The position numbers and the translations under genes are program-made. A DNA stretch of 63,773 nucleotides, the filler included, from Aduncisulcus paluster (taxonomy: Eukaryota), in NCBI GenBank assembly GCA_024181965.1. It is 5 parts of 5 records of this genome, joined end to end, with 100 filler letters (N's around TTAATTAATTAA, not from the genome) between each part and the next. Parts side by side here need not be neighbours in the genome. Positions count along the whole stretch, not along the records: positions 61,428 to 63,773 come from BQXS01012518.1; 4 more parts are not named here. One strand, written 5' to 3'. Positions 61,428 to 63,773 of the stretch are shown piece after piece; position 1 is the stretch's first letter, and each line of letters starts with the position of its first letter. The notes beneath the pieces are model-generated. The model saw only the letters and a program-made list of their open reading frames with translations, was not told the origin of the DNA and ran no database searches.

Positions 61428-63302
61428 CGATCAAAAGATCAAGAGGCACATAAAGAATTTGATCGTCAAATGTTAGAGCATGTACCATACGGCACTTTAC
61501 CATAATTAGTCTAATAGTAAACAAGGAATATTGTTGAGAGCAAATGTGGCAGGGAATTACATGAAAAGAAAAGAGAGAAACCAAAGTGTGTGTTTTAACC
61601 TTATTTTACATACAACCAGAAATGCGAGGAATTTTGAGGTTAATTTCAAACGAATAAGAAGTATAGAATAACTAGTTAGTAATAACTGAAAGGCAGATCA
61701 TTGAAATGTAAAATTCCTCATCGTAACAACTGAAAAATGTGGAAAAATTGACGTGGCTTTTGAGAAGGAAAAGCCTTTACATTGTTTGTATATATTATAT
61801 ATAAGAAAATATAATAATAAGATTAATTTATAATAAATATTAAAAAAATAATACTTTTAAATTTTAATTAATTAATTAATATTTTTAAAATTGACAGACC
61901 AGAAGAAGATTGAAAAAAAAAAAAAAAAAAAAAATCAAACAGTAGTTTCTCCGAGAAAACAACAACCATAATGTTATAACTAAATTTCAAATAATTAAGA
62001 TAACATAAATAAAATAAGTAAATCTATTCACACCACAATATAAAATGGAAGTGCATAGAGAAATATAGAAGTAAAACAAAACTTATTTGCATGAACCCAC
62101 CACATTCCCTTCAATAAGAATAATAGGTACTTAGAAATTCATTGTATTCTATTCGATGGAAACGAGAGAGAGTCAGCGACAAAAAAACTAAACAAGAATA
62201 ATATCATCAGCTGAGTGTTCGAGAAGATAGAGAAATAATTCCAATAAGAACGCTCAATCTAAATAAAAAAATAATATATATTAAATTAGGTCAATTTCAA
62301 TTATCATACCAAAATAAAAACAAAACAAAAAATTCGAGAGAAACATAGAACAATCGGAATCAATTTTTGAGATAATTCCAAAATCAAAATCAAAATCAAG
62401 TGCCGAACCGAGAATAAAATAATAAAATTACCAATAAGGAGGGAGATAACACTCAAATAAGGGACTTCAAGGATAATCCACTTCTGTTGATTCCGAACAA
62501 CACAGAACCTCGGTCCCATTGCTAAAAATTTAGCAAAAACCTGTTTCGTCATACTATAAATAGCATGACTGCAGCAGTCAGACTGCTCTTGGATTTGGCG
62601 ATTGAATAAATAAAAGTTTACATTGAGAAAGTTTGTGAAGAAAGATGTACCTTCAACTTGAAGGCTTCAAGTGATACAATGTCAACTCTGCGAGCATCGC
62701 ATGCCACTGACATGATGCCAGGCACCTCAGTGAGGCATCAATATTCCATGAAAGTCGTTTCAATATTGAATATTCCATTATGAATATCTCAACCGGTCGA
62801 ATCAACATACCATAATTTTTGACGATAACTTGTTCTTCTTTAACCTCATATCTGGTTGTGAGACAAATTGTCACTGAAAAATAACAAAACCATAAATCTC
62901 TGCCAGAGATTATCTATTTATAGATCATCGAAGACATACCGCATAGTTGCTCAGATTTGCGATGAAACGCAGTAAATATAAATTCATATATCTATATTTT
63001 TTCGAAAAATTACATCATTTATTTTTGAACGTTCACGATGATATAAAATAGCAATTATCGCAAGCGGTAACCAGTCTGGTTCAACCAGACTCTGAATCCC
63101 AGTCATTCACGAAGCTGGTTCTCGCTAAATTTGACAACAAACGAAAATGAAATCAAAATATACAAAATCGATTATATCATCAAAACAATTAAGATTTATT
63201 ACAGATAAACCGAATTCAACGAAATGACACACTTTGGGAACTTGTTAGACTCGTTTTCGAAAAATCCTCGCGAATCAGATCAAAAATATGAGAGAATCGT
63301 CC

Positions 63303-63773
63303 TTACCCGATACGGAAAGTACCCATATTACCGACTCCCATGGACATCTCAGCTCCCGCTGACTGGTCGGCTCTCTCGAAATACAAGAAGTCAATCAACA
63401 TAGTGGCACCAAGAAGAACAGCTCTGTCTTTGTATGTAGACTGAGGGGGGAACTGGATGGCGAAGTTATCGGCATCAGTCATGGCTTCTTTCAAAAGACC
63501 ACTCCACTTCTTCTTGATGAATCCCACTTCATTTCCAGTATTGTTGAGGATCTTGAAAGTCCATGGGCTACACATAGGACCCATAATATCAAATTTAGGA
63601 TTACCAACCTCATCGATCATCTGGAACTCACGGTTGAAAATAGACCACAATTGTTTGATCTCACCAATCTTGGCACCGTGAGAATCAAAAGCCTCAAGAA
63701 GTTGGAGCCAACAGCACCAACAGCAAGATGGGAAACAACGGAAAGGACGGTTAAACCGACAGATTTCTTGTCC
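63303..63773 (-). CDS. Phospholipid scramblase, 3' part
   Basis: RPFRCFPSCCWCCWLQ, IGEIKQLW, VGFIKKKWSGLLKEAMTDADNFAIQFP, AVLLGATMLIDFLYFE. Confidence 0.92.
   Translation of the reverse strand, partial: GQEICRFNRPFRCFPSCCWCCWLQLLEAFDSHGAKIGEIKQLWSIFNREFQMIDEVGNPKFDIMGPMCSPWTFKILNNTGNEVGFIKKKWSGLLKEAMTDADNFAIQFPPQSTYKDRAVLLGATMLIDFLYFERADQSAGAEMSMGVGNMGTFRIG

Noticed and set aside
63073..63091. Palindrome AGTCTGGTT-C-AACCAGACT
   Set aside because: Single short hairpin with no second copy or context; may be chance.

Overview
Eukaryotic, gene-dense, intron-poor DNA from a flagellated protist using the standard genetic code. The expanded gene families and the prokaryote-type genes resemble anaerobic fornicates such as Aduncisulcus; that assignment is inference. 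The window is five contigs joined by artificial N44-TTAATTAATTAA-N44 linkers, plus seven 20-N gaps with duplicated flanks (assembly overlaps). Recognisable genes: archaeal-type radical SAM/SPASM enzyme with a spliceosomal intron, frameshifted SAMHD1-like HD hydrolase, KAP3, DBP8/DDX49, DNAH10-like dynein (partial), NAPE-PLD-like (partial), degenerate kinesin, condensin II CAP-D3, WDR5-like, PPP2R3C, two LRR/Cys-rich surface-protein paralogues, TXNDC17, bacterial-type YqeB (partial) and a scramblase (partial). Four GTATGT...AG introns near 5' ends, missed by the ORF track, were reconstructed by hand. Best leads: YqeB in a eukaryote (selenium-molybdenum hydroxylase trait); a SAMHD1 with an altered sugar-gate pocket; a poly(A)-only insertion with a 7-bp target-site duplication; a MEDS-like sensor domain; and a 23.8-29.2 kb decay zone with inverted repeats, gene fragments, an FKBP relic and a tRNA-like relic. 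Family calls come from motif recall, not database searches.
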